From a candidate division WOR-3 bacterium (lineage in GTDB: Bacteria > Hydrothermota > Tepidihabitantia > Tepidihabitantales > Tepidihabitantaceae): a DNA stretch of 64,000 nucleotides. The stretch covers positions 33,157 through 97,156 of the forward strand of contig JBBISL010000006.1 in the NCBI GenBank assembly GCA_037441285.1, given 5' to 3'. The notes beneath the pieces are model-generated. The model searched no databases. It was not told the origin of the DNA and saw nothing but the letters and a program-made list of their open reading frames with translations. Position numbers and translations under genes: made by a program. Positions 18,881 through 29,188 of the stretch are shown here, one piece after another (within the stretch, counting starts at the first letter, position 1; every line of letters begins with the position of its first letter).

Positions 18881-20491
18881 CTAATCTATGTGGTACTGCG
18901 CCATCTTTTTGCGCAGTGTGTCCCGGTGTATGCCAAGGAGCCTTGCCGCTCTGGTCTGGTTGCCGTTTGTTATCTGGAGCGCCTCTTTTATCGCCGCCTT
19001 TTCAATCTCGGCGAGTTTTAAACTGCCAACAAGTTTTTCAATCGACCCGCTGGCGCTATGGGCTTCGACGCTGGTTTTAATTCTCGGCGGTGAAACCGTT
19101 GCCACTGCAGCCGCGGTCTGCCCAACACTCACCGCATCCACATTTTCGTGCTGAGCCCGCTCGTACGCCCTTTCCATCAGGGCGCGTAAGGTTCGGATAT
19201 TGCCGTTAAACAGGCTGTTTTCGCCGAGAAGATACTGAATCACTAAACGACTGAGAAACTTTATTGCCATCGGTTCGACCCTTAACTTTCGCCGATACCA
19301 GGGGTCGCGGTTGCGTTCCTCAACAACGAACTCAAAAAACTCGGCAATATCATCTTCAACCGTAACTGCTGCCTCTGCCTCCCACCGCTCCCTTAGTGAA
19401 GGCATCCAGATACACTCCTGAACCATCCGGCTATAGAAGTCGGGCCGGAACCGTTCCTGTAACTCCTCAAGTTGCCGGTTGGTTGCCGCGACGATTCGAA
19501 CATCCACCGACCTCTCAACCGAACTACCCAGCCGCTTAATTTTCCGGTACTCAATAACCCGCAAAAGTTTTAACTGTAACCCCTCGTCAATATCCCCAAT
19601 CTCATCAAGAAAAACGGTGGAACCGCGTGCCGTTTCAAAAACCCCGGCTCGTGCTGTTTTCGCATCGGTAAAAGCGCCTTTCTCGTGACCGAAAAGTTCG
19701 CTGATAACAAGATTGCGGTCCAGGGCGGTCATATTGAGCGTCACCGGCTCCTGCCGGGTAGGTTCGTTCTCAGCATAACGAAAACTCTTGCGATGCAACG
19801 CCCGCGCCACCAGCTCCTTACCGGTGCCCGGTTCACCCAGAATCAGGACATTGCCATCGGTGGCAGCAAGCCGCTCAATCTCATGTGCCAGCCATGCCAT
19901 CCTCCGGGACTGGCCCACAACCATCATGTGCCTATCGAGCCAGACCCGCCGTTCATTTTCATTCAAGGGCCGGAGCGCATAGTTGTCAATCCCGTACAGA
20001 ACCTCTTCTGCCTGGCCCGTAATGCGCGGGTCACCGGTGGCAAAGGCAAAGGTGGCGGTCCGGGTGGCGCAGAGGAATCCGGCAAAATCCCGCACCGTCT
20101 CGAACTGCTCGGCATCAAGGTTAAAAAGTACCGGTGCCACACCATCAACCTGTTCCTGCCGGATGTGCTGAAAGATTATCAGCCCCTGAATCTTCCGGAT
20201 GTCCGCCAGCACACCAGGTGGACGGGCGCTAATTGAAAACGACACCAGTTTTTCGCTGCTTTCTGGTTTGATGCCGGAAAAGTCGACACCAATCACAATC
20301 AAAGCCACATACGCGCCCCGATTACGGCTGTACCAGGATTTCAACCTTGAAAAACTGTCACAGTACTCAAAATCAAACTCATGCAAAAGCCTGCCGCCCT
20401 CGTACCTTTGCGCCGCGGTAATTAGCGACTGAAACTTCTCCTCCTGGTCATAACAAACTAAAATGACCGGCTTTTTTCTCACCGAACTCAT
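18881..20491 (-). CDS. sigma54-dependent enhancer-binding transcriptional activator (Fis-type HTH) with an atypical N-terminal domain
   Basis: [48 protein letters not shown]. Confidence 0.9.
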   Translation of the reverse strand: MSSVRKKPVILVCYDQEEKFQSLITAAQRYEGGRLLHEFDFEYCDSFSRLKSWYSRNRGAYVALIVIGVDFSGIKPESSEKLVSFSISARPPGVLADIRKIQGLIIFQHIRQEQVDGVAPVLFNLDAEQFETVRDFAGFLCATRTATFAFATGDPRITGQAEEVLYGIDNYALRPLNENERRVWLDRHMMVVGQSRRMAWLAHEIERLAATDGNVLILGEPGTGKELVARALHRKSFRYAENEPTRQEPVTLNMTALDRNLVISELFGHEKGAFTDAKTARAGVFETARGSTVFLDEIGDIDEGLQLKLLRVIEYRKIKRLGSSVERSVDVRIVAATNRQLEELQERFRPDFYSRMVQECIWMPSLRERWEAEAAVTVEDDIAEFFEFVVEERNRDPWYRRKLRVEPMAIKFLSRLVIQYLLGENSLFNGNIRTLRALMERAYERAQHENVDAVSVGQTAAAVATVSPPRIKTSVEAHSASGSIEKLVGSLKLAEIEKAAIKEALQITNGNQTRAARLLGIHRDTLRKKMAQYHID

Positions 20492-20653
20492 ATATCACAA
20501 ATTATAACCGCCGATAAATTCAAGGCAAGGGTTTTGTTATTGCCGATTTTTTCGCCAGAACCGGACAGCAATGCTGGTTGACCCTCACCGTTAGGTCTTA
20601 GACATCTTCCCCAATACAATCTCCTCACCGGTGTTGACATCGGATTCAACTCG

Positions 20654-22078
20654 TTGTTTACTTTTATGTTGATTCTTCTCAGCACCATCTGCCTGTTTTT
20701 CTATTTCTCCAGACCGGGGTTAGCGGTTTTACCCGAGCGGGGAACCGTAGCCGCAACGCCGGAAATATCTTCCATACCGACCGACCTTGCGTTTTCTTCA
20801 CCCATCCTGATTGACAGTTCGGTCTTGACCGCGTTTGGTGCCACACTTGACGCCACTGAGCAGCTCTGGGCTGCGACGAGCACCCCGGATGGCAAACTGA
20901 CGCTTTACCGTTCCCAAACTCCGGGAAACCTCTGGGAAGGTGTTTTGACCGTCAACCTCAACCAGCCCGCCCGGTTAATTGAACTGGTTGTACCAACCGT
21001 ACCCGCACCCCTGTTCATATTTTACCGGACCGAAGAAAATCACGGCGACCTCTACCTTCTTCGTTTTGACCCGGCAACCGGGGACAGTCAAATAGTCCCA
21101 TTAGCCGTTGGTCCGGATACGGTTGACGACTTTTCGGCAACCGTTGACCCGGACTCTAACTACTATCTATACCTCCTTTATGTGAACGAGCATCGGACCG
21201 GCTTAAATGGCTATTTTACTCGTTCCCTTGATGGTGGCAGAACCTGGGAAGGGCGCCAGCCCTTCTGGAACTGTTTTGACCCGGCACTTTCATTTGGCAC
21301 CGGCTCACTTCTCCACTGCATCTGGCGCTACGCCCTCACCGGCCGGGAAATCCATTATGCCGCCAACCGCTACTACGGCGCTGCTGGCCGCTGGTCCGGT
21401 CTGTACACCCTGAAATCGGGCAGCGAAAGGTGCTTTGACCCGGTTATCGCTCAGGCGCCGGTTATACCGTACTGGCGGGCAGTGGTCTGGGCTTTTTGGA
21501 CCGTGGCGCGCCGCGACACCGAGATGCTGGATATTGAATACACGCTCTCAACCGATGGCGGCCGTTCCTGGGGATCTCCGGTCAACCCCGGCGAACTGTT
21601 TGTGGACGAATGGTTTCCCGACCTCACCACCGCCACGGGCAGCGCCGAACTTTGCTACAACGCCGGTGCCCGTAACGAAAATGCGGCCACCGTGCTGTAC
21701 TGGCAAACCAGCCGCTCTTATGCACCGCAACTGTGGTCATCACCAACCCGGGTCAACGCCCCAAGGCTCAACACCCGGATTCAGGGCGCCCGCCCCCGCC
21801 TGATACCCCTGTCCCGGAATAAACCGTGCCTTCCTGGTGTTTTCTTCAGCCTTTACGATTCGGCCGGCGCCCGCGGCCTTTACTTCTCCCCGGTGCTCGG
21901 CAAAACCAAATCCAGCCCGATGCCCGCTCCAACCGTGCGGCATCGTGGAGTTGAAGCCGGTGCCGACCTGTTTGATGTTGCCGGCAGAAAAGTAAGGTCG
22001 CCTTCTTTACAAAACCGGCTTGGCATCTTTTTCCAGCGCTCCGGCACCACCCTGAAGAAAATTGTCATATCAAGATAA
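20654..22078 (+). CDS. Exported BNR/sialidase-like repeat protein with a short T9SS-like tail (start may be ATG 20666)
   Basis: Hydrophobic N-terminus; SLDGGRTW, STDGGRSW; FDVAGRKV...KKIVISR. Confidence 0.65.
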   Translation: MFTFMLILLSTICLFFYFSRPGLAVLPERGTVAATPEISSIPTDLAFSSPILIDSSVLTAFGATLDATEQLWAATSTPDGKLTLYRSQTPGNLWEGVLTVNLNQPARLIELVVPTVPAPLFIFYRTEENHGDLYLLRFDPATGDSQIVPLAVGPDTVDDFSATVDPDSNYYLYLLYVNEHRTGLNGYFTRSLDGGRTWEGRQPFWNCFDPALSFGTGSLLHCIWRYALTGREIHYAANRYYGAAGRWSGLYTLKSGSERCFDPVIAQAPVIPYWRAVVWAFWTVARRDTEMLDIEYTLSTDGGRSWGSPVNPGELFVDEWFPDLTTATGSAELCYNAGARNENAATVLYWQTSRSYAPQLWSSPTRVNAPRLNTRIQGARPRLIPLSRNKPCLPGVFFSLYDSAGARGLYFSPVLGKTKSSPMPAPTVRHRGVEAGADLFDVAGRKVRSPSLQNRLGIFFQRSGTTLKKIVISR

Positions 22079-22191
22079 AATCGCGCTTGGGCACGGAAAA
22101 CAGTTATACCCTTAACCTCACCTCTAATTAGCCGGGCGGATTAATAACACCTGCCCCTCTGAAACAAAAAACCCGAACGCACCGTCTTCTG

Positions 22192-22319
22192 ATTTCCCAT
22201 ACCATCCCCCTAACAGCCCCGGGGTTGGCTATGGATTTTTCTGACTTTTTGCCCAACTATTTAAAAACTGGCGCGTTATGCCCAAAAATGTTTTCCGCCC
22301 CGTTATACTTTAAAGTATA
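22192..22319. repeat. Dispersed ~130-bp intergenic element, copy B
   Basis: ATTTCCCATACCATCCCC...CCGGGGTTGG...CGTTATG...CGTTATACTTTAAAGTATA, as in copy A. Confidence 0.8.
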
Positions 22320-22450
22320 AAGCCAAACCCAAGCACCCGCACCAACCAAACAGATTTCTGGTTAAGCGCACCACCCGCGCCAGCGGGTTGACTTGAACCC
22401 GCGCTCTGCTATCATATTTTATTAACAACTTAACCCGAAAGGAGTATAAG

Positions 22451-24013
22451 ATGCGTCAAGGACGCTTGGTCTTTTTGCTTGGTTTTGCCTTTTCTGTTTT
22501 AATTGGCAAGGAGTTGCTGCTGCGCGTTGACAAGCCCGCTGCCGACCTTTTGTCACGCGCCCTGCCGGTGGTTGCCGAGTTTGAGGGCTACTCCCTTGTC
22601 TGCGGTTCTGAGGCGGATTATGCCGCACTTCAGCACGAGGGCGTGCGCTGTGAACTGTTGACCGAAAACCCCCACGCCCAAACGATTTTCTATATTCAGA
22701 CCCCACCCGACTTTGACCGGAGTTTGCTTGAGAAACTGGGCACGGTGCTCACCACCGACCCGGCCGGCGTTGTCCTCGCCACGACTGAAGACAACCTGTT
22801 AGCGCTCAACCGCCTGCCGGTTGAACTGACGCGCCTCAACCTGGAACCGCTGAAACCAACCGCCGGTTTAACACCCCGGCCTGTCCCCTATCCCGTGTCG
22901 GAAAGCCTTGTTCAGGAAATTGTGTCAAGGGTTGACGCCGATTCGGTTTTGGGCACAATCCGGCGCCTGCAGAATTTTTACACCCGTTATTCAACAACCG
23001 ACTCCTGTCGGGCCGCGGTCGCCTGGATGGGTGAAAAACTCGCGTATTACAACTGCGACTCGGTTGCCTTTGACACCTTCCTGCCCAGTTATGCGCCCAA
23101 TGTCATTGGCGTCAAGTTTGGGCGGGAGAACCCACGCCCGATTTACATCATCTGTGGCCATATCGACAACACCTCGGACTACGCACCGAACCACTGCCCG
23201 GGCTCGGACGACAACGCCAGCGGCACCAGCGCGGTGTTAGAGGCGGCGCGGGTGTTTCAGGACATCGACTTCGCCTCCACGGTCTACTTTATTGGCTTTG
23301 CCGGTGAAGAGCAGGGGCTTTACGGTTCGGACAGTTTTGCCGCCCGTGCCTATCGCCGGGGCGACTCCATCCGGGCGGTTTTGAACTTTGATATGATATC
23401 CTATGGCCGGCAGAACCGTGATACCCTGAGTGTCGTCGGCAAGAGCTCAAGCCCGAACTGCGCCTGGCTCGTTGACTCTTTTATCGCCAACGCCAATTTG
23501 TACACCACCCTGAAAACCCGGCGCCGGCTCGTAACCTCTTACCCTTCATCCGACCATCACTCCTTCTGGCTCCGCGGCTATGTTGCCCTCTGCGGGATTG
23601 AACGCGACTTTACCCCGAAGTACCACACCATCGGTGATACCATTGGCCCGCTCTATTATGTGGACTGCGGCACCAACAACTGGCTGATGGCGACTGAGGC
23701 GATTAAGGCGGCGGTGGCAACAATTGCCAAGATGGCGGGTGCGCTGCCCCCCGGCACCGGTGTCAAGGAGCGTCCGGCGTCCAAAACCATCACCCCGCTT
23801 ATAATAACTCCTACGGTCGGCCGGGCACCTTTTAAGATTCAGGCATCGGGTGCGGTTGATGTGTTTACGCCGCTTGGTACCCGGGTTGCGCGCCTTGGGG
23901 TAAATACACCTTACTGGGACGGTAGAAATGATGCCGGGCAACCGGTTTCACCGGGTGTTTACCTCGTGCGCAGCGGCACCAGCGGCAGGCGCCGCATCGT
24001 TGTCACCCATTGA
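22451..24013 (+). CDS. Secreted M28 family aminopeptidase with FlgD-like tail
   Basis: CGHID, GSDDNASG, FAGEEQGLYGS, NFDMI, SDH, YHT; paralog of 6756-9326. Confidence 0.85.
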   Translation: MRQGRLVFLLGFAFSVLIGKELLLRVDKPAADLLSRALPVVAEFEGYSLVCGSEADYAALQHEGVRCELLTENPHAQTIFYIQTPPDFDRSLLEKLGTVLTTDPAGVVLATTEDNLLALNRLPVELTRLNLEPLKPTAGLTPRPVPYPVSESLVQEIVSRVDADSVLGTIRRLQNFYTRYSTTDSCRAAVAWMGEKLAYYNCDSVAFDTFLPSYAPNVIGVKFGRENPRPIYIICGHIDNTSDYAPNHCPGSDDNASGTSAVLEAARVFQDIDFASTVYFIGFAGEEQGLYGSDSFAARAYRRGDSIRAVLNFDMISYGRQNRDTLSVVGKSSSPNCAWLVDSFIANANLYTTLKTRRRLVTSYPSSDHHSFWLRGYVALCGIERDFTPKYHTIGDTIGPLYYVDCGTNNWLMATEAIKAAVATIAKMAGALPPGTGVKERPASKTITPLIITPTVGRAPFKIQASGAVDVFTPLGTRVARLGVNTPYWDGRNDAGQPVSPGVYLVRSGTSGRRRIVVTH

Positions 24014-24046
24014 CAAACCGTACCCTTTTATGGAAAATAAATTGCG

Positions 24047-24175
24047 ATGATTCGTTTCGGGCGCCGGCTTTTCCCAGAACGGCATTACCGGCTGCCGCTC
24101 CGCTGGATTTTCTGGGTTCTCTGGGCAGGGATTTTTATCTTTCTTTTCTGGGTCCTAAAGGTTGTTCTAAAATGA
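24047..24175 (+). CDS. Small (42 aa) single-TM protein, absent from the ORF track
   Basis: MIRFGRRLFPERHYRLPLRWIFWVLWAGIFIFLFWVLKVVLK; follows TTGACA-N17-GAAAAT and fills the gap to the next SD. Confidence 0.6.
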   Translation: MIRFGRRLFPERHYRLPLRWIFWVLWAGIFIFLFWVLKVVLK

Positions 24176-24190
24176 AAGGGAGGAAGTAAG

Positions 24191-25348
24191 ATGACCGGTT
24201 TGAATTTCAATTACAAAGACATCTTCCGGTCTTTAAGGCTGGGTTTTTCGGCAAAAAAGGTCGGAATGGTGATGACCGGGCTCCTGTTTGCCTTTGCCGG
24301 ATACACCTTGCTGACCTATATCGCCCATATCGCTGCGGGTAACGACTGGCTTTCAATCTGGGAGACGCAACGCCTTTTACCGTTCCCCAACCCCAACCTG
24401 CCATTCCCCTGGTTCTCCTGGGTGATTTACTACGCCGGTATTGTCTGGTTCCTCATTGTCATGCTCATTACCGGCGCCGCCGTGGCAAAGGTTGCCTATG
24501 AGCAGCTGCGGGGCAACGAATTTTTTGAAGCCTCTTCCGGGTTTCAATTTGCCTTAAAGAACATCCGGGCGCTAATCTCAAGCCCACTCCTAATCATCGC
24601 CTTCATCGCACTCATCGTTGTTGCCGGTCTTGTCCTCAGCGCCCTGGGCGCCATCCCCCATTTCGGTCCCATCTTCACCGGACTTTTGTCCATCGTCGGC
24701 TTCTTCGCGGCGCTGTTTATTGTCTATCTTCTCATCGTGCTTCTCTTCACCCTGTTGTTTGCTCCCGGGGTTGTCGGTGCAATGGGTAACGACACCTTTG
24801 ACACACTGTTTGAGGTGTTCTCCTGCGTCAACGAACAGCCGGCACGCTTGGTCTGGTACACCTTTCTCGTTGCCGTACTTGCCAAAGTCGGCTCCTTTTT
24901 ACTCGGGCTTGCCTCGAGCCTTGCCGGCCGAATCGGCTCTTTGATTTTGAGCACATTTATGGGTGAGCGGTGGGCAGAAATGCTCAGCGGTGCCGAATTC
25001 ATATTCAAACTGTCAATCCCCAACTGGGGTGTCTTGGCGCCCCTGCACCGGATGCTTGTTTTTGAAGCCAACCTTTATGGCTTACCACAGGTGTATTCGC
25101 CCTCGTACTGGGCAAATCCGGCCTGGAGCAGCGGTATCGGCGCAATCCTCCTTGGAATGTGCGGCTACGCCATCGCCTTAATGGTCCTCGCCTATGGGCT
25201 TTCGGTCTGGTTTACCGGCACCGTGCTTGCCCTCACCATAATCATCAAAAAGAAGGACGACAAAAACATCCTTGAAAAGCCCGAAGATGAAGAAGAGGAA
25301 ATTATTGAACCGACCGAGCAGACCGAAAAGGCGGCTAATCAGTCATAA
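24191..25348 (+). CDS. Polytopic membrane protein of unknown function
   Basis: About 6-7 hydrophobic segments, acidic tail, SD GGGAGG. Confidence 0.7.
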   Translation: MTGLNFNYKDIFRSLRLGFSAKKVGMVMTGLLFAFAGYTLLTYIAHIAAGNDWLSIWETQRLLPFPNPNLPFPWFSWVIYYAGIVWFLIVMLITGAAVAKVAYEQLRGNEFFEASSGFQFALKNIRALISSPLLIIAFIALIVVAGLVLSALGAIPHFGPIFTGLLSIVGFFAALFIVYLLIVLLFTLLFAPGVVGAMGNDTFDTLFEVFSCVNEQPARLVWYTFLVAVLAKVGSFLLGLASSLAGRIGSLILSTFMGERWAEMLSGAEFIFKLSIPNWGVLAPLHRMLVFEANLYGLPQVYSPSYWANPAWSSGIGAILLGMCGYAIALMVLAYGLSVWFTGTVLALTIIIKKKDDKNILEKPEDEEEEIIEPTEQTEKAANQS

Positions 25349-25385
25349 CTTATTGTAAATCAATAACTTAATAAAGCCAGCACCG

Positions 25386-27650
25386 TTGACACCGCACCGC
25401 ACATTAACCGCCCTTATAACTATCACGGGACAGGTTCAGGGGATTGGGTTTCGCCCCTTTGTTTACCGCCTCGCCCAAAAACTAAATATCAAGGGGACCA
25501 TTACCAACACCAAAAAGGGTGTAAAAATTGTTGTCCAGGGCAAAAACCTCAAAAAATTTATCCATTTGCTCCGTACCAAGCCACCTCCCCTGTCCCAGTT
25601 TCATTCCTTTGTCGTGTCTTACTCAAAATCGAAATGTTATGATAAATTCACCATAACCCGAAGCGATGTAACATCCAAAAAAAGCGCAGTCTTTGTGTTG
25701 CCCGACCTCGCCCTGTGCTCCGACTGTCAGAAGGAACTTTTCGCGCCGGATGACCGGCGTTTTGGTTACCCGTTCATAAACTGCACCCAGTGTGGACCAA
25801 GATACACAATAATTAAAGCGCTCCCCTATGACCGGGAAAGGACAACGATGAGTAAGTTCAACCTGTGTCCGGACTGTTTTGAAGAGTACCACAATCCGAC
25901 CAATCGCCGTTTTCACGCCGAGCCGCTCGCCTGTCCGAAATGCGGTCCCGCTTTAACCCTGCTCGACAAACAGGGTAAACCGCTGTCTCAGGACCCGATA
26001 ACGGCTGCCGCTCAGGCGCTTCTTAAAGGAAAAATTGTGGCGATAAAGGGCTTGGGTGGGTTTCATCTTGCCTGCGACGCAACCTCAGACCGCGCGGTTA
26101 AACTTCTGCGGCAGCGTAAGGAGCGGTCGGGCAAGCCGTTTGCCGTAATGGTGGAAAACAGTTCTGTTGCCCGACAGTTCTGCCGCCTGAACCGGTCCGC
26201 ATTAAACGCCCTGAACTCGGCCGCAGCACCGATTGTTTTGGCAACCAAACTGCCCATCCCCAAAATCCCGCTCTCCCCCTTTGTTGCGCCCAACAATCCG
26301 GCGTTTGGCGTGATGGTCGCCTATACCCCGCTTCACCGCCTGCTTTTTCAAGCCCTGCGCCAGCAGTCCGGAAAACCGGCGGTACTGGTTATGACGAGCG
26401 CCAACCGGAGCGACGAGCCAATTGTTGGCACCGACGAAGAGCTGAAGCGAAAACTGGGCCGGGTCTTTGACCTCGCCATCACCCACAACCGGGAAATCGC
26501 CAACCGCTGTGACGACTCGGTAGTGCTTACCGACCCAAGAAAGATGGTAATGGTGCGCCGGGCGCGCGGCTATGCACCACAACCAATCACCGTCGATAAA
26601 ATGTTTCACGTGAAACATGAGACCCTGGCGGTGGGCGGTGATGGTCGCAACGCCTTCTGTCTTGCCCGGGGCGGCAACCTTTTTTTGAGTCCGCACATCG
26701 GCGACCTCGACTCAATTGCCAGCGAACAGTTTTTCAGTGAGACGCTCGAGCGACTGATTGAATGGACCGGGATTGTGCCCAAAAGGGTAATTTGTGACCT
26801 CCATCCCGATTACAGCTCAACCCGGCTTGCCGAACGGTTGAGTAAAAGGTGGAATGGGAAAATCTACCGGGTTCAGCACCATTACGCCCACATCCTTTCG
26901 GTAATCGCCGAGCACAACCTAAAGCCGCCGGTTATCGGCTTAGCCTGCGATGGCACCGGCTACGGAATTGACGGCGCGGTCTGGGGTTGTGAAATCATCC
27001 TTGTTCAGCCCGACCTTTCCTGGAAACGGCTGGCTCATCTCGGCTACCTCCGGCACAATGCGGGTGGCGGTATGCTCGCTGACCCGGAAAAGGTGGCGGT
27101 TGCCTACTGTTTCCAGTCTGGTTTGTCAGTTTCTGAGATGCGGGCGCTCGGTTTAAAGCCGAGCAGGGGAGAGCCCGAACTTCCCTATTTAACCTCAAGT
27201 ATGGGCAGGTTGTTTGACTGTGTGGCCGCAATTACCGGTGTCTGCCGAACGGCAACATTTGAGGGTGAAGCCGCAATCGCCCTGGAAAAGGCGGCGCTTG
27301 ATGCCGGCGGGCTAAAAATTGAACCGCCCGAGTTCGGGGCGGACCTCAATCCGCTGCCAATTTTGCGCTGGACTGCTGAGCATACCCTCAGACACACCCC
27401 GGCTCAACAGGTGGCGCTCGGTTTTCACACCGCCCTGGTCCACGGCTTGGGTGAAGCGCTGACCAGATTTGCGCGGGCTTACCGGGTAAACCAGGTGTGC
27501 CTTTCTGGTGGGAGCATCCAGAACCGGTTAATTCGGCAGGGGATAGTAAAGTTCCTCGCACGCCACGGGGTTGCGGTCTATCACAACGAGGCTGTCCCGC
27601 TTAATGATGGCGGGATTGCTTTGGGCCAGGCAATTGTGCCCACCAACTAA
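25386..27650 (+). CDS. hypF: Carbamoyltransferase HypF
   Basis: Acylphosphatase GQVQGIGFRPFVY, two CxxC zinc fingers, KGLGGFHLAC, QHHYAH, NDGGIALGQA. Confidence 0.95.
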   Translation: MTPHRTLTALITITGQVQGIGFRPFVYRLAQKLNIKGTITNTKKGVKIVVQGKNLKKFIHLLRTKPPPLSQFHSFVVSYSKSKCYDKFTITRSDVTSKKSAVFVLPDLALCSDCQKELFAPDDRRFGYPFINCTQCGPRYTIIKALPYDRERTTMSKFNLCPDCFEEYHNPTNRRFHAEPLACPKCGPALTLLDKQGKPLSQDPITAAAQALLKGKIVAIKGLGGFHLACDATSDRAVKLLRQRKERSGKPFAVMVENSSVARQFCRLNRSALNALNSAAAPIVLATKLPIPKIPLSPFVAPNNPAFGVMVAYTPLHRLLFQALRQQSGKPAVLVMTSANRSDEPIVGTDEELKRKLGRVFDLAITHNREIANRCDDSVVLTDPRKMVMVRRARGYAPQPITVDKMFHVKHETLAVGGDGRNAFCLARGGNLFLSPHIGDLDSIASEQFFSETLERLIEWTGIVPKRVICDLHPDYSSTRLAERLSKRWNGKIYRVQHHYAHILSVIAEHNLKPPVIGLACDGTGYGIDGAVWGCEIILVQPDLSWKRLAHLGYLRHNAGGGMLADPEKVAVAYCFQSGLSVSEMRALGLKPSRGEPELPYLTSSMGRLFDCVAAITGVCRTATFEGEAAIALEKAALDAGGLKIEPPEFGADLNPLPILRWTAEHTLRHTPAQQVALGFHTALVHGLGEALTRFARAYRVNQVCLSGGSIQNRLIRQGIVKFLARHGVAVYHNEAVPLNDGGIALGQAIVPTN
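26602..26617. other. parS centromere-like site inside hypF
   Basis: Perfect TGTTTCACGTGAAACA palindrome. Confidence 0.9.
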
Positions 27651-27671
27651 CAAAAATTTAACCGCCATTTA

Positions 27672-27838
27672 TTGACAACGGGCAAAATTACTTTATTATC
27701 AAATCCGGTTCATTAAAAAAGGCAGACAACTGTGGACAGAGTTCATTATTATTTTATATCTCTTTTATTCTGCGCCACTTACAGCAAGGATTTGTGTGGA
27801 AAAGTGTGTGGAAAAGTCTGGTTTAATTTTGTGGGAAA
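27672..27838 (+). promoter_or_regulatory. dnaA promoter and upstream DnaA-box cluster
   Basis: TTGACA-N16-TATTAT (27672-27699); boxes TGTGGACAG 27731, TGTGGAAAA 27795 and 27807, TGTGGGAAA 27830. Confidence 0.7.
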
Positions 27839-27850
27839 TGAAGCAGGTGT

Positions 27851-29188
27851 ATGAATAGCGAGCAGGTATGGACTGAGGTTTTGGAGCTGTTAAAGTTAAG
27901 GGTAAATCAGCAGGCTTTTCAGACCTGGCTTGCCCCAACCCGGTTGTTTAATATGGTAAACGGCACGGTTCAGGTTGCCGTCCCAAACAACTTCTTTGCC
28001 GACTGGTTACAGCACCATTACAAAACCGAAATCACAAGCGCGCTTAAGGCGGTGACCGGTAGAGAGTTGCAGGTTGAGTTCCTGGTACCGGTTGAGGGTA
28101 AAAAGCCGGTGGTCGCTAAGCCCCAACCGGCGGTAGCGGTTCAAGCCGGGACCAACACCGCTTCCCAGTTTCGGCTGCGCAGCCGCTACATCTTTGACAC
28201 CTTTATTGTCGGGGAGAGTAATCGGCTTGCCTGGGCAGCAGCGCGCAATGTTGCACAGAACCTGGGCAAGGTTTTCAACCCGCTTTTTGTTTATGGTGGG
28301 GTGGGCTTGGGTAAAACCCACCTGATTCAGGCGATTGGCAATGCGGCACTGGCGCGTCATCCTGGGTTAAGGCTCTGTTACACTCCGGCCGAGGTGCTGT
28401 TTCTTGAGTTGATTCAGGCGATAGAGAAAAACACCCGGCTTGAGTTTAAAGAAAAGTATCGCGGTTTGGACCTATTGCTCCTTGATGATGTCCATTATCT
28501 GGTTGGTAAGGAAAGTTTGCAGGAGGAGATATTTTACACATTTAACGCACTTCAGGATGCAGGAAGTCAGGTTGTTTTTACCAGCGACCGCCCGCCCAAA
28601 GACATACCAACACTTCAGGAGCGGTTGATTTCCCGGCTGGGAAGTGGGTTGGTTGTGGACATCCAGCCGCCCGAACTGGAAACCCGCATCGCAATTTTAC
28701 TCCAGAAGGCAAAGCAGGAAAATTTTGATTTGAGCGAAGATATCGCATGTTACATTGCCAACCGGGTACGCTCTAACATCAGGACGCTTGAAGCTTCTCT
28801 TGTCCGGCTGATTGCGATGCACTCCCTAACCGGACGACCCGTAACTACCGAACTGGCTGAGGCGGCGCTAAAGGACCTGATCCAGCACGAAGACCCTCTG
28901 GACCCGAGCCGGGTTATCGCTGCCGTTGCCGAGCATTTTCAGGTTCCGGCACAGGAGTTAAAGGGACAATCCCGTACCAAAAGGATTGCGCTGGCGCGCC
29001 AGGTTGCAATGTACCTGATGCGCAGTGTGTTAAACCTTTCTTTAAAGGATATTGGCTACCACTTTGGGGGCAAGGACCACACCACGGTAATGCACGCCAT
29101 CGAAAAAATAAACGAGTTAAAAACCCGCGACCCTTTGTTTGCCAGCCAGATTGAGCGCCTCTCCCGTCACATAAACAACGGTTCCTAA
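27851..29188 (+). CDS. dnaA: Chromosomal replication initiator DnaA
   Basis: YGGVGLGKTHL, LLLDDVH, SDRPP, GGKDHTTVMHA. Confidence 0.98.
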   Translation: MNSEQVWTEVLELLKLRVNQQAFQTWLAPTRLFNMVNGTVQVAVPNNFFADWLQHHYKTEITSALKAVTGRELQVEFLVPVEGKKPVVAKPQPAVAVQAGTNTASQFRLRSRYIFDTFIVGESNRLAWAAARNVAQNLGKVFNPLFVYGGVGLGKTHLIQAIGNAALARHPGLRLCYTPAEVLFLELIQAIEKNTRLEFKEKYRGLDLLLLDDVHYLVGKESLQEEIFYTFNALQDAGSQVVFTSDRPPKDIPTLQERLISRLGSGLVVDIQPPELETRIAILLQKAKQENFDLSEDIACYIANRVRSNIRTLEASLVRLIAMHSLTGRPVTTELAEAALKDLIQHEDPLDPSRVIAAVAEHFQVPAQELKGQSRTKRIALARQVAMYLMRSVLNLSLKDIGYHFGGKDHTTVMHAIEKINELKTRDPLFASQIERLSRHINNGS

